Shown: positions 43,285 to 55,392, numbered from the stretch's first letter. The stretch: 64,000 bases of DNA from an uncultured Actinomycetota bacterium (GCA_963770565.1 CAVYQE010000010.1:64001-128000), one strand, 5' to 3'. Notes: generated from the sequence alone by a model not told the origin. Program-made: numbers and translations.

Positions 43285-45752
43285 TGCGGGTCCCGATCTC
43301 ATGGTTGCGCGACCATGTCGACCTTCCGGACGTCGCCGCTCGCGACGTTGCCGACCGGCTTACTGCGGCCGGCCTGCAGGTCGAGCGGGTCGAGACGTTC
43401 GGTGCCGACATCAAGGGTGTCGTGGTCGCTCGGGTGCTGGAGTTCGAGGAGGTCACGGATGCGAGGAAGCCGATTCGTTGGGTCGGCCTGAACGACGGCA
43501 CCAGCGATCGGCACGTGATCTGTGGTGCGACCAACTTCGCGGTGGGTGACCTGGTCGCCTATGCGCGCCCGCCGGCCACCCTCCCGGGCGGCTTCGAGAT
43601 CAGCGCCCGCGAGGCCTATGACCACCTGTCCGACGGCATGATCTGCTCCGGCCGGGAGCTCGGCATCTCGGACGACCATGACGGCATCCTCGTGCTGGAT
43701 CCGGACCTGCCGCTCGGCAGCGACGTCGTCGAGGCGCTCGGCCTGCGCGACGACGTCCTCGACATCGCGATCAACCCGGACCGCGGATACGCCCTGTCGG
43801 TTCGGGGCGTGGCCCGTGAGGTCGCCACGTCCTACGGCGTGCCGCTGCGCGACCCGGCCGCGGTCGAGGTGCCGGCCGCGGACGGTGCGGCCTACCCGGT
43901 CGTGATCGAGGCGCCGGAGGGCTGCCGGCGGTACGTCGCTAGGACGCTGACCGGGCTACAGGCCGACGCGAGCAGCCCGGCCTGGCTGGCGCGACGGCTG
44001 GTGCTCGCCGGGATGCGACCGATCTCACTGATGGTCGACATCACCAACTACGTGATGCTCGACCTCGGCCAGCCGTTGCACGCCTTCGACCGGAACCGGC
44101 TGTCCGGACCGATCGTCGTTCGTTGGGCTGCGGCGGGCGAAACGCTCCGCACGCTTGACGACGTCGAGCGCACCTTGGACCCGCGCGATCTGGTGATCAC
44201 CGACGACAGCGGCCCGATCGCGCTCGCCGGAGTCATGGGCGGGGCAGCGACGGAGATCCGGGCCGACACGACGGACGTCGTGCTCGAGGCGGCCAGCTTC
44301 GACCCGGTCACCGTCGCCTACACCGCGCGCCGGCAGCGACTCGGATCCGAGGCTTCGCGTCGGTTCGAGCGCGGAGTCGACGACGACCTGGCCCCGTCGG
44401 CCGCGCAGGTGGCGCTGACCATGATGGCGGACCTCGGCGCGGCCACGCCGTCTGGCTCGGTCACCGACGTCGACCAGCGGCTGCCCCAGGCCTCGATCGA
44501 GATCGAGGTCAACCTCCCTGGCCGGGTGGCCGGTATCAGCTACTCCGAGGACACCGTGGCGCGACGGTTGCGCGACGTGGGGTGCACCGTGACCGCGACC
44601 GAAGGGCGGCTCGACGTGATCCCGCCGTCGTGGCGGCCGGACCTGCGGATCCCGGCCGACCTGGTCGAGGAGGTGGTGCGCCTCGAGGGGTACGACGCGC
44701 TGCCGTCGATCGTTCCGACGCCGCCAGCGGGACACGGGCTGACCCGGCCGCAGCGCCTGCGCCGTCACATCGGCCGGGCGCTCGCGGATGCGGGCTATGT
44801 CGAGGTGCTGAGCCCACCGTTCGTCGATCAGGGTGTGGGTGATCGGTTGCAGCTCGAGCCCGGCGACCCGCGCTGGCCGTCCGTGCGGGTGGCGAACCCG
44901 GTGTCGGACGAGGAGCCGTTCCTGCGGACCACGTTGCTGCCCGGGCTGTTCGCGGCCGCCGCGCGCAACGTCGGGCGCGGCCTGACCGACATCGCGTTGT
45001 TCGAGGCCGGCCCGGTGTTCCGGCGCCGGCCCGACGGCGAGCGGCTCGGCCCGGCGCTTCCGTCGCTTCCGGTCGGCGCCCGGCCAAGTGCGGACGAGCT
45101 CGCAGCGCTCGACGCCGCCCTGCCCGATCAGCCGAACCGGGTCGCGGCCGTGCTGACCGGGGAGCGCGAGCGGGCCGGATGGTGGGGGCCGGGGCGCGCC
45201 GCGAGCTGGCCCGATGCGATCGCGGCTGCTGTCTCACTGGCCGCCTCGATCGGGATCGAGGTCGAGGTCAGTGCCGACCGGCACGCGCCGTTCCATCCGG
45301 GCCGGTGCGCGGTGCTGCGGGTCGGCGAGACCCTGCTCGGTCATGCCGGCGAGCTGCATCCGCGGGTGGTCGAGGCGTGCGAGCTGCCGCCACGGACCTG
45401 CGCGATGGAGATCTCCCTCGACGTACTGATCGAGAGCGCGCCGGGGGTCCCCGCGGCGCCGATCGTCTCGGCGTACCCGCCGGCGACCCTCGACGTCGCG
45501 GTCGTCGTCGCGGCCGATCTGCCGAGCGCAGAGGTCGCCGCCGCCCTTCGCGCCGGCGCGGGGGAGCTGCTGGAGTCGATCCGGCTCTTCGACGTCTACA
45601 CCGGCGACCAGGTCGGTGTCGGGCGCAAGTCGCTCGCCTTCACGCTCCGGCTGCGAGCTGCGGATCGGACCCTCACCGCCGCGGAGGCCGCCAGGGTGCG
45701 CGATGCCGCAGTTGCTGAGGCGGCCCGCCGGCACGGTGCGGTCCTGCGGTAG
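43284..45752 (+). CDS. pheT: Phenylalanine-tRNA ligase beta subunit
   Basis: RVPISWL, CGATNF, SDGMICS..ELG, GQPLHAFD, RFERGVD and LFDVYTG..KSLAF motifs; TAGTG overlap with pheS. Confidence 0.97.
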   Translation: MRVPISWLRDHVDLPDVAARDVADRLTAAGLQVERVETFGADIKGVVVARVLEFEEVTDARKPIRWVGLNDGTSDRHVICGATNFAVGDLVAYARPPATLPGGFEISAREAYDHLSDGMICSGRELGISDDHDGILVLDPDLPLGSDVVEALGLRDDVLDIAINPDRGYALSVRGVAREVATSYGVPLRDPAAVEVPAADGAAYPVVIEAPEGCRRYVARTLTGLQADASSPAWLARRLVLAGMRPISLMVDITNYVMLDLGQPLHAFDRNRLSGPIVVRWAAAGETLRTLDDVERTLDPRDLVITDDSGPIALAGVMGGAATEIRADTTDVVLEAASFDPVTVAYTARRQRLGSEASRRFERGVDDDLAPSAAQVALTMMADLGAATPSGSVTDVDQRLPQASIEIEVNLPGRVAGISYSEDTVARRLRDVGCTVTATEGRLDVIPPSWRPDLRIPADLVEEVVRLEGYDALPSIVPTPPAGHGLTRPQRLRRHIGRALADAGYVEVLSPPFVDQGVGDRLQLEPGDPRWPSVRVANPVSDEEPFLRTTLLPGLFAAAARNVGRGLTDIALFEAGPVFRRRPDGERLGPALPSLPVGARPSADELAALDAALPDQPNRVAAVLTGERERAGWWGPGRAASWPDAIAAAVSLAASIGIEVEVSADRHAPFHPGRCAVLRVGETLLGHAGELHPRVVEACELPPRTCAMEISLDVLIESAPGVPAAPIVSAYPPATLDVAVVVAADLPSAEVAAALRAGAGELLESIRLFDVYTGDQVGVGRKSLAFTLRLRAADRTLTAAEAARVRDAAVAEAARRHGAVLR

Positions 45753-45770
45753 CCCATTTCCCCGGCGCCG

Positions 45771-45812
45771 CGACATAACTACTCGTACGACCGCATGATC
45801 ATGCAGTATTAT
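45771..45812 (+). promoter_or_regulatory. ARG box(es) and -10 element of the arg operon
   Basis: cgcatgatcatgca near-palindrome (45792-45805), a weaker upstream box gacataactactcg, and TATTAT at 45807-45812. argR is in the operon. Confidence 0.7.
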
Positions 45813-45819
45813 TCGATGC

Positions 45820-46848
45820 ATGGGGATCCGGGCCGCGGTCGTCGGCGCGAGCGGCTATGCCGGCGGCGAGCTGCTGCGCCTGCTTGACGCGCACCCGACC
45901 CTCGAGCTCGGCGCCCTGGTGGCTGCGACGAACGCGGGCAAGCGCCTCGGCGACGTCCATCCGCAGTTGGTCTCGATGGCCGACTTGCCGCTGCTCGACC
46001 TCGACGCTGCCGATCTGGATGCGGCCGACGTCGTGTTTCTGGCGATGCCGCACGGCGCCTCGGCGCAGATCGCCTCCGCGTTGGGTGCGGACTCGATCGT
46101 GGTGGACCTCGGCGCCGACTTCCGGCTCGCCGACCCGGCCGCCTGGCAGCGGTGGTATCCCGGTGAGCACGCGGGGACCTGGCCGTACGGCCTGCCCGAG
46201 CTGCCCGGCGCCCGCGAGCGTTTGGCCGGCGCGACCCGGGTGGCCAATCCCGGCTGTTACGCCACCGCGGTCGCGCTCGGGCTGGCGCCGTTGCTCGCGG
46301 CTGATCTGGTCGAAGCCGACGACCTCGTCGTGGTGGCGGCGAGCGGCACGACCGGCGCCGGCCGGGTGCCTGCGGTCAACTTGCTAGCGAGCGAGGTGAT
46401 GGCCGACGTCACGCCGTACAGGGTGGCCGGCAGCCATCAGCACCTGGGCGAGATGCGGCAGGCCCTGAGCGCGGTGGCCGGCGCCGAGGTCTCGATGTCG
46501 TTCACCCCGTTGCTGGTGCCGATGTCGCGCGGCATCCTGGCCACCTGCACGGCGACAGTGCGTGCCGGAGTCGATGCCGGTCAGCTTCGCGAGGCGTACG
46601 CGGCGTACGACGACGAGCGGTTCGTGACCCTGCTGCCACCGGATCGCTGGCCGCGGACCGCCGCGGCAACCGGATCCAACAGCGCGCATCTGCAGGTGGC
46701 GCTCGATGCCGATGCCGGCCGCGCCGTCGTTGCCGTTGCGATCGACAACCTCGGCAAGGGAGCAGCCGGTCAGGCCGTGCAGAACGCGAACCTGCTGCTC
46801 GGGCTTGATGAGACTGCCGGGTTGAGCAGCAACGGGGTAGGGCAGTGA
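45820..46848 (+). CDS. argC: N-acetyl-gamma-glutamyl-phosphate reductase
   Basis: GASGYAGGEL, YGLPEL, ANPGCY and DNLGKGAAGQAVQN motifs. Confidence 0.97.
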   Translation: MGIRAAVVGASGYAGGELLRLLDAHPTLELGALVAATNAGKRLGDVHPQLVSMADLPLLDLDAADLDAADVVFLAMPHGASAQIASALGADSIVVDLGADFRLADPAAWQRWYPGEHAGTWPYGLPELPGARERLAGATRVANPGCYATAVALGLAPLLAADLVEADDLVVVAASGTTGAGRVPAVNLLASEVMADVTPYRVAGSHQHLGEMRQALSAVAGAEVSMSFTPLLVPMSRGILATCTATVRAGVDAGQLREAYAAYDDERFVTLLPPDRWPRTAAATGSNSAHLQVALDADAGRAVVAVAIDNLGKGAAGQAVQNANLLLGLDETAGLSSNGVGQ

Positions 46849-47993
46849 GCATCACCGCACCGGGTGGCTTCCGCGCTGCCGGTGTCGCGGCCGGCCTGAA
46901 GGACGGGGAGCTCGACCTCGCGCTCGTGGTCAACGACGGGCCGCTCGACGCAGCGGCGGGCGTGTTCACGGCGAACCGGGTCAAGGCCGCGCCGGTGCTC
47001 TGGTCCGAGCAGGTCCTGCAGGGCGGGCGGGTGCGCGCGGTCGTGCTGAACGCCAAATATGCCAATGCCTGCACCGGACCGGTCGGCTTTGCGGTCACCC
47101 ATTCCACTGCCGAGGCGGTCGGCGCGGCACTTGGAGTCGGCGCCGGCGAGGTCGCGGTCTGCTCCACCGGCAAGATCGGTGAGCCGCCACCTCTCGCCGC
47201 GCTGACCAAGGGGGTGGTCGAGGCGGCGGCACAGCTTTCCGCTGACGGCGGTGCCGACGCGGCTGCGGCGATCCTGACCACCGATACAGTCACCAAGCAG
47301 GTCCTCATCAGCAGCGACGGCTGGAGTGTCGGCGGCATGGCGAAGGGCGCCGCGATGCTCGCGCCAGCTCTCGCCACCATGCTGTGCGTCCTCACGACGG
47401 ACGCCGTCGTCGACTCCGCCGGACTCGACCGAGCATTGCGCGAGGCGACCCGTGTGACCTTCGACCGGATCGACTCAGACGGCTGCATGTCGACCAACGA
47501 CACCGTCCTGTTGCTCGCGAGCGGTGCCTCGGGCCTGACTCCGAACCCGGATGTCTTCGCCTCGGCGGTGGAGGCCGCGTGTGCAGGCCTGGCTCGCCAG
47601 CTGCTCGCCGATGCGGAGGGCGCCAGCAAGGACGTCGCGATCGAGGTGATCGGTGCCTCCTCCGAGACCGACGCGCTCGAGGTCGCCCGCGCGGTGTCGC
47701 GCAGCAACCTGCTCAAGTGCGCCCTGCACGGCGAGGACCCCAACTGGGGCCGGATCCTCGCCGCGGTCGGCACGACCACAGCCGCCTTCGACCCGTTGGC
47801 GCTCGACGCCGCGATCAATGGAGTGTGGGTGTGTCGTGACAGCGCACCGGGCGAGGACGTCAGCACCGTCGACCTCTCCGGTCGCGAGGTCCGGCTCACC
47901 GTCGATCTGCGGGTCGGCTCGGCCTCGGCGACGGTGTGGAGCAACGACCTGACCGCGGCGTACGTCCACGAGAACTCGGCGTACTCCACATGA
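46845..47993 (+). CDS. argJ: Ornithine acetyltransferase
   Basis: [28 protein letters not shown] and ENSAYST motifs. Confidence 0.96.
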   Translation: MSITAPGGFRAAGVAAGLKDGELDLALVVNDGPLDAAAGVFTANRVKAAPVLWSEQVLQGGRVRAVVLNAKYANACTGPVGFAVTHSTAEAVGAALGVGAGEVAVCSTGKIGEPPPLAALTKGVVEAAAQLSADGGADAAAAILTTDTVTKQVLISSDGWSVGGMAKGAAMLAPALATMLCVLTTDAVVDSAGLDRALREATRVTFDRIDSDGCMSTNDTVLLLASGASGLTPNPDVFASAVEAACAGLARQLLADAEGASKDVAIEVIGASSETDALEVARAVSRSNLLKCALHGEDPNWGRILAAVGTTTAAFDPLALDAAINGVWVCRDSAPGEDVSTVDLSGREVRLTVDLRVGSASATVWSNDLTAAYVHENSAYST

Positions 47994-48868
47994 CCCGGCT
48001 GACCGAGCGCCAGGCAACGGCGACCGCCCTAGTCGAGGCCCTGCCGTGGCTCGAGCGCTTCCACGGCCGGACGATCGTGGTGAAGTACGGCGGCAACGCG
48101 ATGACCGACGACGCGCTCCGCGAGTCGTTTGCCGAGGACGTGGTCTTCCTTCGTTACGCCGGCATCCGGGTGGTCGTGGTCCACGGCGGCGGACCGCAGA
48201 TCGACGCGCACCTCGACCGGCTCGGAATTGAGACGACCTTCGCCGGCGGCTTGCGCGTGACGACGCCGGAAACCATGACGGTGGTCCGGATGGTTCTGGT
48301 CGGACAGGTGCAACGCGAGATCGTCGGCTTGCTCAACGCGCACGGGCCGTTCGCGGTCGGCCTGTCCGGCGAGGACGGCAGGCTGATGACCGCGACCCGG
48401 CGGCCGGGCGTCGTGGACGGTGAGGAGATCGACATCGGCCTGGTCGGCGACGTCGTACACGTCGATGCCGGGGTCATCAACGGCCTGCTTGCCGATGGAA
48501 GAATCCCCGTTGTTGCCAGTGTCTGTCGCGGTGCAGACGGCGAGGTCTACAACGTCAACGCCGATACCGCAGCCGCTGCGATTGCGGTCGCGGTCAGCGC
48601 CGAGAAGCTGGTCGTCCTCACCGACGTCGAGGGCTTGTACGTCGACTGGCCGGCCAGCAACGAGGTGATCAGCCGGCTCACCGCCGCCGAGCTCGAGGCG
48701 AAGCTGCCGACGCTGTCCGACGGCATGGTCCCGAAGATGGAGGCCTGCCTGCGCGCGGTGCACGGCGGCGTTCCGGACGCCCATGTCGTCGACGGCCGGG
48801 TCCCGCACGCATTGCTCCTGGAGATCCTGACCGACTCGGGGGTCGGAACGATGGTGAGTGCCGGATGA
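47990..48868 (+). CDS. argB: Acetylglutamate kinase
   Basis: [21 protein letters not shown] and GMVPK motifs. Confidence 0.97.
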   Translation: MTRLTERQATATALVEALPWLERFHGRTIVVKYGGNAMTDDALRESFAEDVVFLRYAGIRVVVVHGGGPQIDAHLDRLGIETTFAGGLRVTTPETMTVVRMVLVGQVQREIVGLLNAHGPFAVGLSGEDGRLMTATRRPGVVDGEEIDIGLVGDVVHVDAGVINGLLADGRIPVVASVCRGADGEVYNVNADTAAAAIAVAVSAEKLVVLTDVEGLYVDWPASNEVISRLTAAELEAKLPTLSDGMVPKMEACLRAVHGGVPDAHVVDGRVPHALLLEILTDSGVGTMVSAG

Positions 48869-50073
48869 GCGCGACGTCGGAGCTTCAGGCGCGGTGGGAC
48901 GCGGTGATGATGGCCAACTACGGCACCCCGCCGGTCGCGATCGCGCATGGTCATGGCTGTCGGGTGACCGACGTCGACGGCCGCGACTACCTCGATCTGA
49001 TCGCCGGGATCGCGGTGTCATCGCTCGGTCACGCGCACCCTGCCGTCGTGGCGGCCGTGACCGACCAGGTTGCGACCCTCGCGCACAGCTCGAACCTGTT
49101 CATCAACACCCCCGCGGTCCGCCTCGCCGAGCGGCTGGTCGACCTGCTCGGCGTGACCGGCAACGCGAAGGTGTTCCTCTGCAACGACGGCGCGACCGCG
49201 AACGAGGCGGCGCTCAAGACCGTGCTTCGCGCGCGACCGGGACGTCGCAGGTTCGTCGCGACCGAAGGCTGCTTCCACGGCCGGACGCTCGGGATCCTCG
49301 CGCTGACCAGCAAGGCGTCGTACCGTGAGCCGTTCGAGCCGTTCGGCCTCGACTCGGCGTTCGTCCCATACGGCGACCTCGACGCACTCGCCCGTGCCGT
49401 CGACGACAGCACGGCGGCAGTCTTCCTCGAGCCGATCCTCGGTGAGGCAGGGGTGATCCCGCCGCCGGCCGGCTATCTCGAAGCGGCCCGCGCGATCTGC
49501 GACTCGGCGGACGCGCTGCTGGTTGTCGACGAGGTGCAAAGCGGGATCGGCCGGACCGGTCGCTGGTTCGCGCACCAGGACGAGGCGGTGACCCCCGATC
49601 TTGTGACGGTTGCGAAAGGTCTCGGCGGAGGCCTGCCGATCGGTGCTTGTGTCGCGATCGGCGAGGTGGCCGGCGCGCTCCGCAAGGGCGATCACGGCTC
49701 GACGTTCGGTGGCAACCCGGTGTCGTGCGCGGCAGCACTTGCGGTCATCGAGACGATCTCCTCCGACGGTCTGCTCGACCACGTCAGGACGCTCGGCGCG
49801 CAGTGGCAGGCCGAGCTTGCCGCCGTACCATCGCCGCTGTTCACCGGGGTCCGCGGCCGGGGTCTATGGCTCGGCTTGGCGGTCGCGGCCGGATCGGCGC
49901 CCGCAATCGAGGCAACCGCTCGGGAGCACGGCTTCCTGGTCAATGCGACCGGTCCCGACGCGATCCGGCTCGCCCCACCGCTCGTGCTCACTCGAGCGGA
50001 GGCACGGTCGTTCACCGAGGCGCTGCCGGCGATCCTCGAGGCGGCCGCGGACGCGGCTAGGTTGAGCGCGTGA
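48865..50073 (+). CDS. argD: Acetylornithine aminotransferase
   Basis: [27 protein letters not shown] and HGSTFGGNP motifs. Confidence 0.95.
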   Translation: MSATSELQARWDAVMMANYGTPPVAIAHGHGCRVTDVDGRDYLDLIAGIAVSSLGHAHPAVVAAVTDQVATLAHSSNLFINTPAVRLAERLVDLLGVTGNAKVFLCNDGATANEAALKTVLRARPGRRRFVATEGCFHGRTLGILALTSKASYREPFEPFGLDSAFVPYGDLDALARAVDDSTAAVFLEPILGEAGVIPPPAGYLEAARAICDSADALLVVDEVQSGIGRTGRWFAHQDEAVTPDLVTVAKGLGGGLPIGACVAIGEVAGALRKGDHGSTFGGNPVSCAAALAVIETISSDGLLDHVRTLGAQWQAELAAVPSPLFTGVRGRGLWLGLAVAAGSAPAIEATAREHGFLVNATGPDAIRLAPPLVLTRAEARSFTEALPAILEAAADAARLSA

Positions 50074-50609
50074 TGAGCACCGATCACGGCAGCCCGGTCG
50101 CGCCCAAGCGCACGTCGCCGACCGCGCCGCACAGTAAGGCCGCCCGCCAGGCGCGGATCGCCGCCCTCATCGCCGCGCACGATGTGCACTCCCAGACCCA
50201 GCTGGTCGAGTTGCTCGCGGCGGACCGGGTCGACGTCACCCAGGCCACGCTGTCCCGCGACCTAGAAGAGATGGGAGCAGTGAAGGTGCGCCGAACCGGC
50301 GTTGGCACCGTCTATGCGGTCAGCGAGGAGGCGCCCGGGCCGTCGTTGCGAGCGCTCGCTGACGTGACCGAGGGCCGGGTCTCGCGGCTCGCGGCCGAGC
50401 TGGTCATCTCGGTCGACGCCAGCGCCAACCTGGTCGTGGTCCGCACGCCGCCCGGCGGCGCGCACCTGCTCGCATCCGCCATCGACCGGAGCGCATTGGT
50501 CGACGTCATCGGCACGATCGCGGGCGACGACACAGTGCTGCTCGTGACCCGAGATCCGAAGGGCGGCCGGCGAGTCGCCGACCGGCTGGTCGACATGGCC
50601 GGTAGCTGA
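50073..50609 (+). CDS. argR: Arginine repressor
   Basis: [16 protein letters not shown] and GTIAGDDT motifs. Confidence 0.96.
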   Translation: MSTDHGSPVAPKRTSPTAPHSKAARQARIAALIAAHDVHSQTQLVELLAADRVDVTQATLSRDLEEMGAVKVRRTGVGTVYAVSEEAPGPSLRALADVTEGRVSRLAAELVISVDASANLVVVRTPPGGAHLLASAIDRSALVDVIGTIAGDDTVLLVTRDPKGGRRVADRLVDMAGS

Positions 50610-50643
50610 ACCACCTACAACCTCTGACAGGAGCATCACCCCG

Positions 50644-51846
50644 ATGACCGAACGCGTAGTCCTTGCCTACTCCGGTGGGCTCGATACCTCGGTGGCGATC
50701 GGCTGGATCGCCGCCGAGACGGGCGCCGAGGTCGTCGCCGTGGCCGCCGACGTCGGGCAGGGCGGTGAAGACCTCGAGGTGATCCGGGAGCGCGCGCTCG
50801 CCTGCGGTGCCGTCGAGGCGGTCGTGGTGGACGCGAGGTCGGAGTTCGCCGACGACTTTTGCCTGCCCGCACTTCGTGCGAACGCGCTGTACATGAACCG
50901 CTACCCGCTGGTGTCTGCATTGTCGCGGCCGGTCATCGTCAAGCACCTGGTCGCCGCGGCCCGGCGGTACGGCGCATCCGTCGTCGCCCACGGCTGCACC
51001 GGCAAGGGCAACGACCAGGTGCGGTTCGAGGTCGGCGTCGGCGCGCTCGCTCCGGAACTCTCGGTCATCGCGCCGGTTCGCGACTCGGGCATGACCCGCG
51101 ACAAGGCGATCGCCTTCGCCGAGGAGCGCGGTCTCCCGATCGACGTCACGAAGAAGTCGCCGTACTCGATCGACCAGAACGTGTGGGGCCGTGCGGTCGA
51201 GACCGGCTTCCTGGAAGACGTGTGGAACGCACCGATCGAGGACGTCTACTCCTACACCGAGGATCCGGCCGTCGGGCGGGCGCCCGACGAAGTGCTGGTG
51301 ACCTTCACCGACGGCGCACCGACCGCGCTCGACGGCCGGCCGGTGACCATGCTCGAGGCGATCCAGGAGATGAACCGCCGGGCCGGCGCGCACGGCATCG
51401 GCCGGCTCGACATGGTCGAGGACCGCCTGGTCGGCATCAAGAGTCGCGAGGTCTACGAAGCGCCTGGGGCGATCGCGCTGATCGAGGCGCACCGCCACCT
51501 CGAGGACCTGACTCTGGAGAAGGACGCCGCCCGGTTCAAGCGGCCAATCGAGCAGCGCTGGGCAGAGCTGGCGTACGACGGCTTGTGGTTCTCACCGCTC
51601 AAGCGGGCGCTGGATGCCTTCATCGACGAGACGTCGCGCAACGTCTCGGGCGACATCCGGATGACCCTGCAGGGCGGCCGCGCGGTCGTGACCGGCCGGC
51701 GCAGCGAGGCATCGCTCTACGACTACAACCTGGCGACGTATGACGCCGAGGACACCTTCGACCAGCGGCTGGCCAAAGGTTTCGTCGAGCTGTGGGGGAT
51801 GCCGAGCCGGATCGCCGCGCAGCGAGACTCGCGAATGGGGAGCTGA
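50644..51846 (+). CDS. argG: Argininosuccinate synthase
   Basis: [23 protein letters not shown] and GIKSREVYE motifs. Confidence 0.98.
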   Translation: MTERVVLAYSGGLDTSVAIGWIAAETGAEVVAVAADVGQGGEDLEVIRERALACGAVEAVVVDARSEFADDFCLPALRANALYMNRYPLVSALSRPVIVKHLVAAARRYGASVVAHGCTGKGNDQVRFEVGVGALAPELSVIAPVRDSGMTRDKAIAFAEERGLPIDVTKKSPYSIDQNVWGRAVETGFLEDVWNAPIEDVYSYTEDPAVGRAPDEVLVTFTDGAPTALDGRPVTMLEAIQEMNRRAGAHGIGRLDMVEDRLVGIKSREVYEAPGAIALIEAHRHLEDLTLEKDAARFKRPIEQRWAELAYDGLWFSPLKRALDAFIDETSRNVSGDIRMTLQGGRAVVTGRRSEASLYDYNLATYDAEDTFDQRLAKGFVELWGMPSRIAAQRDSRMGS

Positions 51847-53264
51847 TGCCCGACCCGACACCGCCGACCCGGCTGTGGGGCGGGCGGTTCTCCGGCGGTC
51901 CGGCCGAGGCGGTCGCGCGACTGTCGATGAGCGTCCAGTTCGACTGGCGGCTCGCCCCGTACGACCTGCTCGCCTCGCGGGCGCACGCCCGGGTGTTGCA
52001 CGCGGCAGGCCTGCTCGACGACGCGGAGCTGAGCCGGTTGCTGGCCGCGCTCGACGACCTGGACGCGGATGCCCGAGCCGGCCGGTTCCGGCCGGATGCC
52101 GACGACGAGGACGTCCACACCGCATTGGAGCGCGGCTTACTGGAGCGGGTGGGCGCGCTCGGCGGCAAGCTTCGCGCCGGCCGCAGCCGCAACGACCAAG
52201 TCGCCACCGACCTCCGGCTGTACCTGCGCGATCACGTGCGCCAGATCGTGGCCCGGCTGGCCGAGCTCGAGGTCGCACTGGTGGAGCAGGCCGAGCGAAT
52301 CATCGACGTACCGTCGCCCGGTCTCACGCATATGCAGCACGCTCAGCCGGTGCTGTTCGCGCACCAGTTGCTCGCGCATGTGCATCCGCTGACCCGCGAC
52401 GTCTCCCGGCTGGTCGACTGGGACCACCGCGCCGCGGTCAGCCCGCTCGGTGCCGGCGCGCTCGCGGGGTCGTCGCTTCCGCTCGACCCGGCCGCGGTCG
52501 CTGCGGAGCTCGGCTTCGACGCCGCGTTCGCCAACTCGATCGACGCGGTCAGCGATCGCGACTTCGCTGCGGAGTTTCTGTTCTGCGCGGCGCTGATCGG
52601 CGTGCATCTGTCCCGCCTCGGCGAGGAGGTGGTGCTCTGGGCGACGACCGAGTTCCACTGGGTCGAGCTGGACGATGCGTTCAGCACCGGCTCGTCGATC
52701 ATGCCGCAGAAGAAGAACCCCGACGTCGCCGAGCTCGCCCGTGGCAAGGCGGGTCGGCTGATCGGCGACCTGACCGCGTTGCTGGTCGTGCTGAAGGGGC
52801 TGCCACTCGCCTACGACCGCGACCTGCAGGAGGACAAGGAGCCGGTCTTCGACGCGGTCGACAGCCTGCTGCTGGTGCTGCCTGCAGTCACCGGGATGAT
52901 CGCCACCATGGCGATCGACACCGAGCGGCTCGCCTCGACCGCGGCCGGCGGGTTCGCCCTGGCTACCGACCTGGCCGAGCAGTTGGTCCGCCGCGGCGTT
53001 CCATTCCGGGAGGCGCACGAGGCGGTGGGTGCGCTCGTCGCGTGGTGCGTGGAGCAGGGCTGCGACTTCAACGACGTCTCCGACTCGGACCTGGCCACGA
53101 TCAGCCCACACCTGACCCCGGACCTGCGCGAGGTGCTGTCGGTATCCGGTGCGCTGGCGGCTCGGTCCGCACCGGGCGGCACGGCCCCCGAGCGGGTCCG
53201 GGAGCAGCTCGACCAGCTCGCCGACGTCCTCACGGCGCACCACAGCTGGGCCAGCCACGGTTGA
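51846..53264 (+). CDS. argH: Argininosuccinate lyase
   Basis: LWGGRF, RSRNDQ and [12 protein letters not shown] motifs. Confidence 0.98.
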   Translation: MPDPTPPTRLWGGRFSGGPAEAVARLSMSVQFDWRLAPYDLLASRAHARVLHAAGLLDDAELSRLLAALDDLDADARAGRFRPDADDEDVHTALERGLLERVGALGGKLRAGRSRNDQVATDLRLYLRDHVRQIVARLAELEVALVEQAERIIDVPSPGLTHMQHAQPVLFAHQLLAHVHPLTRDVSRLVDWDHRAAVSPLGAGALAGSSLPLDPAAVAAELGFDAAFANSIDAVSDRDFAAEFLFCAALIGVHLSRLGEEVVLWATTEFHWVELDDAFSTGSSIMPQKKNPDVAELARGKAGRLIGDLTALLVVLKGLPLAYDRDLQEDKEPVFDAVDSLLLVLPAVTGMIATMAIDTERLASTAAGGFALATDLAEQLVRRGVPFREAHEAVGALVAWCVEQGCDFNDVSDSDLATISPHLTPDLREVLSVSGALAARSAPGGTAPERVREQLDQLADVLTAHHSWASHG

Positions 53265-53271
53265 GCCGCAG

Positions 53272-53937
53272 GTGACCCGCGGACCGACCGGTGCGAAGCC
53301 CGGTGTCCCGCTACCGGCCGGCTTTTACGACCGCCCGGTGCTTGACGTCGCTCGTGACCTGCTCGGCACCGTCATCGACCATGACGGAGTGCAGGTGCGG
53401 CTTACCGAAGTCGAGGCCTACGACGGCGCGAACGACCCGGCTTCGCACGCCTACCGCGGCGAGACCCCGCGCAACGCGGTGATGTTCGGCCCACCTGGCC
53501 ACGCGTACGTCTACTTCACCTACGGCATGCACTTCTGCGTCAACCTGGTATGCGGCCCGCCCGGGATCGCGGCGGCGGTCCTGCTCCGGGCCGGCGAGGT
53601 GGTTGCCGGCGCCGATCGGGCCGCGTCGCGGCGCGGGGGCTCCACCGCGCGTGACCTGGCGCGGGGTCCGGCCCGGCTCTGCCAGGCGCTCGAGGTCGAC
53701 CGTGGGCTCGATGGCGCGGACGTCACCGACCCGGAGTCGCCGTTGCGGCTCCTGGCCGGCTCGCCCGCGCGTGAGGCACTCGTCCGCCGGGGCCCGCGGG
53801 TCGGGATCTCGAAGGCGGCGGAATGGCCGTGGCGGCTCTGGATCGACGGCGAGCCGACTGTTTCGGCGTACCGGCCATATGTTGCGCGCCGCAGAAATCA
53901 GCCGGGTGCCCGGGTCGGGGTAGGGGAGGATGCCTGA
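53272..53937 (+). CDS. mpg: DNA-3-methyladenine glycosylase (MPG/AAG family)
   Basis: [34 protein letters not shown] and GPRVGIS motifs. Confidence 0.92.
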   Translation: MTRGPTGAKPGVPLPAGFYDRPVLDVARDLLGTVIDHDGVQVRLTEVEAYDGANDPASHAYRGETPRNAVMFGPPGHAYVYFTYGMHFCVNLVCGPPGIAAAVLLRAGEVVAGADRAASRRGGSTARDLARGPARLCQALEVDRGLDGADVTDPESPLRLLAGSPAREALVRRGPRVGISKAAEWPWRLWIDGEPTVSAYRPYVARRRNQPGARVGVGEDA

Positions 53938-55212
53938 GTGACCGCCGACATCATCGACGAGCTCGAATGGCGCGGCCTGCTGGCTCAGACGACCGACCTC
54001 GACGCCCTGCGCAAGGATCTTGATGCCGGACCGGTCACCCTGTACGCCGGCTTCGACCCGACCGGAGACAGCCTGCACGCCGGCAATCTGATGCCGATGT
54101 TGACCCTGCGTCGGTTTCAGCTCTTCGGCCACCGGCCGATCGTGCTGGCCGGCGGCGCGACCGGGTTGATCGGCGACCCGTCCGGGCGGGAGTCGGAGCG
54201 CGCGCTCGCGGACCGCGACGAGATCGCGGCCAGAGTCGAGCGACTCCGCCCCCAGCTGGAGCGGTTCGTCGACCTCTCGGCCGGTTTGCTGGTCAACAAC
54301 CTCGACTGGACCGCGTCGCTGTCCGCGATCGACTTCCTGCGCGAGGTCGGCAAGCACTTCTCGGTGAACGTGATGCTCGGCAAGGAGTCGATCGCGGCCC
54401 GGCTCGGCGGCGAGGGCCTGTCTTACACCGAGTTCAGCTACGCGTTGCTGCAGTCCTATGACTACCTCCGGCTCTATCGCGACCATGGCTGCCGGCTCCA
54501 GATCGGGGCGACCGACCAGTGGGGCAACATCACCGCCGGTCTCGACTTCATCCGCCGCAGTGGTGAGCGCGAGCCGGCGCACGCGCTGACGGTGCCGCTG
54601 GTCACCGACTCCTCGGGGCGCAAGTTCGGCAAGTCCACCGGGGGCGGCAGCCTCTGGCTCGACCCGGCGATGACCTCGCCGTACTCGTTCTTCCAGTACT
54701 GGATCAATGTCGAGGATGCGGACGTCGGCCGCTACCTGCGGTTCTTCACGTTTCTCGGCCGCGAGGAGATCGAGGCGCTCGAGCGCGAGACCGTGGAGCG
54801 GCCGGCGGCCAGATCGGCCGCGCGGCGGCTCGCGGCCGAGCTCACCACGCTGGTGCATGGCGCGAAGGAGACCGAGGCCGTCATCGTGGCGAGCGCGGCG
54901 CTGTTTGGACGCGGCGAGCTGCACGACCTCGAGCCGGCCACGCTGCGCAGCGCGCTCGAAGAGGCCGGCCTGCACCCGGTCGACGCGCTGACAGCGACCA
55001 TCGTCGACCTTCTCGAGGCCAGTGGCCTGTGCGCGAGTAGGTCCGAAGCGCGCCGAACCGTCAGCGAGGGTGGCGCATACCTGAACAATGAGCGCGTCAC
55101 CGACGCCGAGTTCGTGCCGGGAGAGTCAGACCTGCTGCCCGGTGGTCTGATGGTGCTCCGCCGCGGCAGGCGACAGCTCGTCGGGATCGAGCTCGGCGCC
55201 AGGCAGGCCTAG
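53938..55212 (+). CDS. tyrS: Tyrosine-tRNA ligase
   Basis: YAGFDPT..SLHAGN, QIGATDQWGNI, KFGKS and a C-terminal S4 domain. Confidence 0.97.
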   Translation: MTADIIDELEWRGLLAQTTDLDALRKDLDAGPVTLYAGFDPTGDSLHAGNLMPMLTLRRFQLFGHRPIVLAGGATGLIGDPSGRESERALADRDEIAARVERLRPQLERFVDLSAGLLVNNLDWTASLSAIDFLREVGKHFSVNVMLGKESIAARLGGEGLSYTEFSYALLQSYDYLRLYRDHGCRLQIGATDQWGNITAGLDFIRRSGEREPAHALTVPLVTDSSGRKFGKSTGGGSLWLDPAMTSPYSFFQYWINVEDADVGRYLRFFTFLGREEIEALERETVERPAARSAARRLAAELTTLVHGAKETEAVIVASAALFGRGELHDLEPATLRSALEEAGLHPVDALTATIVDLLEASGLCASRSEARRTVSEGGAYLNNERVTDAEFVPGESDLLPGGLMVLRRGRRQLVGIELGARQA

Positions 55213-55288
55213 CCGATAGCATTGCGGCAGGCGGGCGGATCGTGCGGAAACCGTGCGGCCGCCACGCTCGATCCCCGCTCGGTGGTCT

Positions 55289-55317
55289 TTGACACCGGGT
55301 GGTGCCTGACATAGCGT
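55289..55317 (+). promoter_or_regulatory. rRNA operon sigma-A promoter
   Basis: TTGACA (55289-55294), a 17-bp spacer and TAGCGT (55312-55317). Confidence 0.8.
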
Positions 55318-55369
55318 GGCTCGGTTGCCCCGAGACGGGTCGAGAGACCCTGGCCGGTGCGCATCCGTC

Positions 55370-55392
55370 CCTTGAGAACTCAACAGCGTGCC
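55370..55392 (+). promoter_or_regulatory. rrn leader boxA-like / 16S processing stem, 5' arm
   Basis: ccttgagaactcaacagcgtgcc is complementary to ggcacgctgttgggtcctgaggg in the ITS (~57268-57290). An analogous pair at 57461-57490 / 61361-61390 brackets the 23S. Confidence 0.7.

Noticed and set aside
816-54975. Many long antisense or alternate-frame ORFs (e.g. 12616-14955, 20214-22160, 40397-42373, 53311-54975)
   Set aside because: These are shadow ORFs caused by high GC and codon bias opposite well-identified genes; they show no family motifs.
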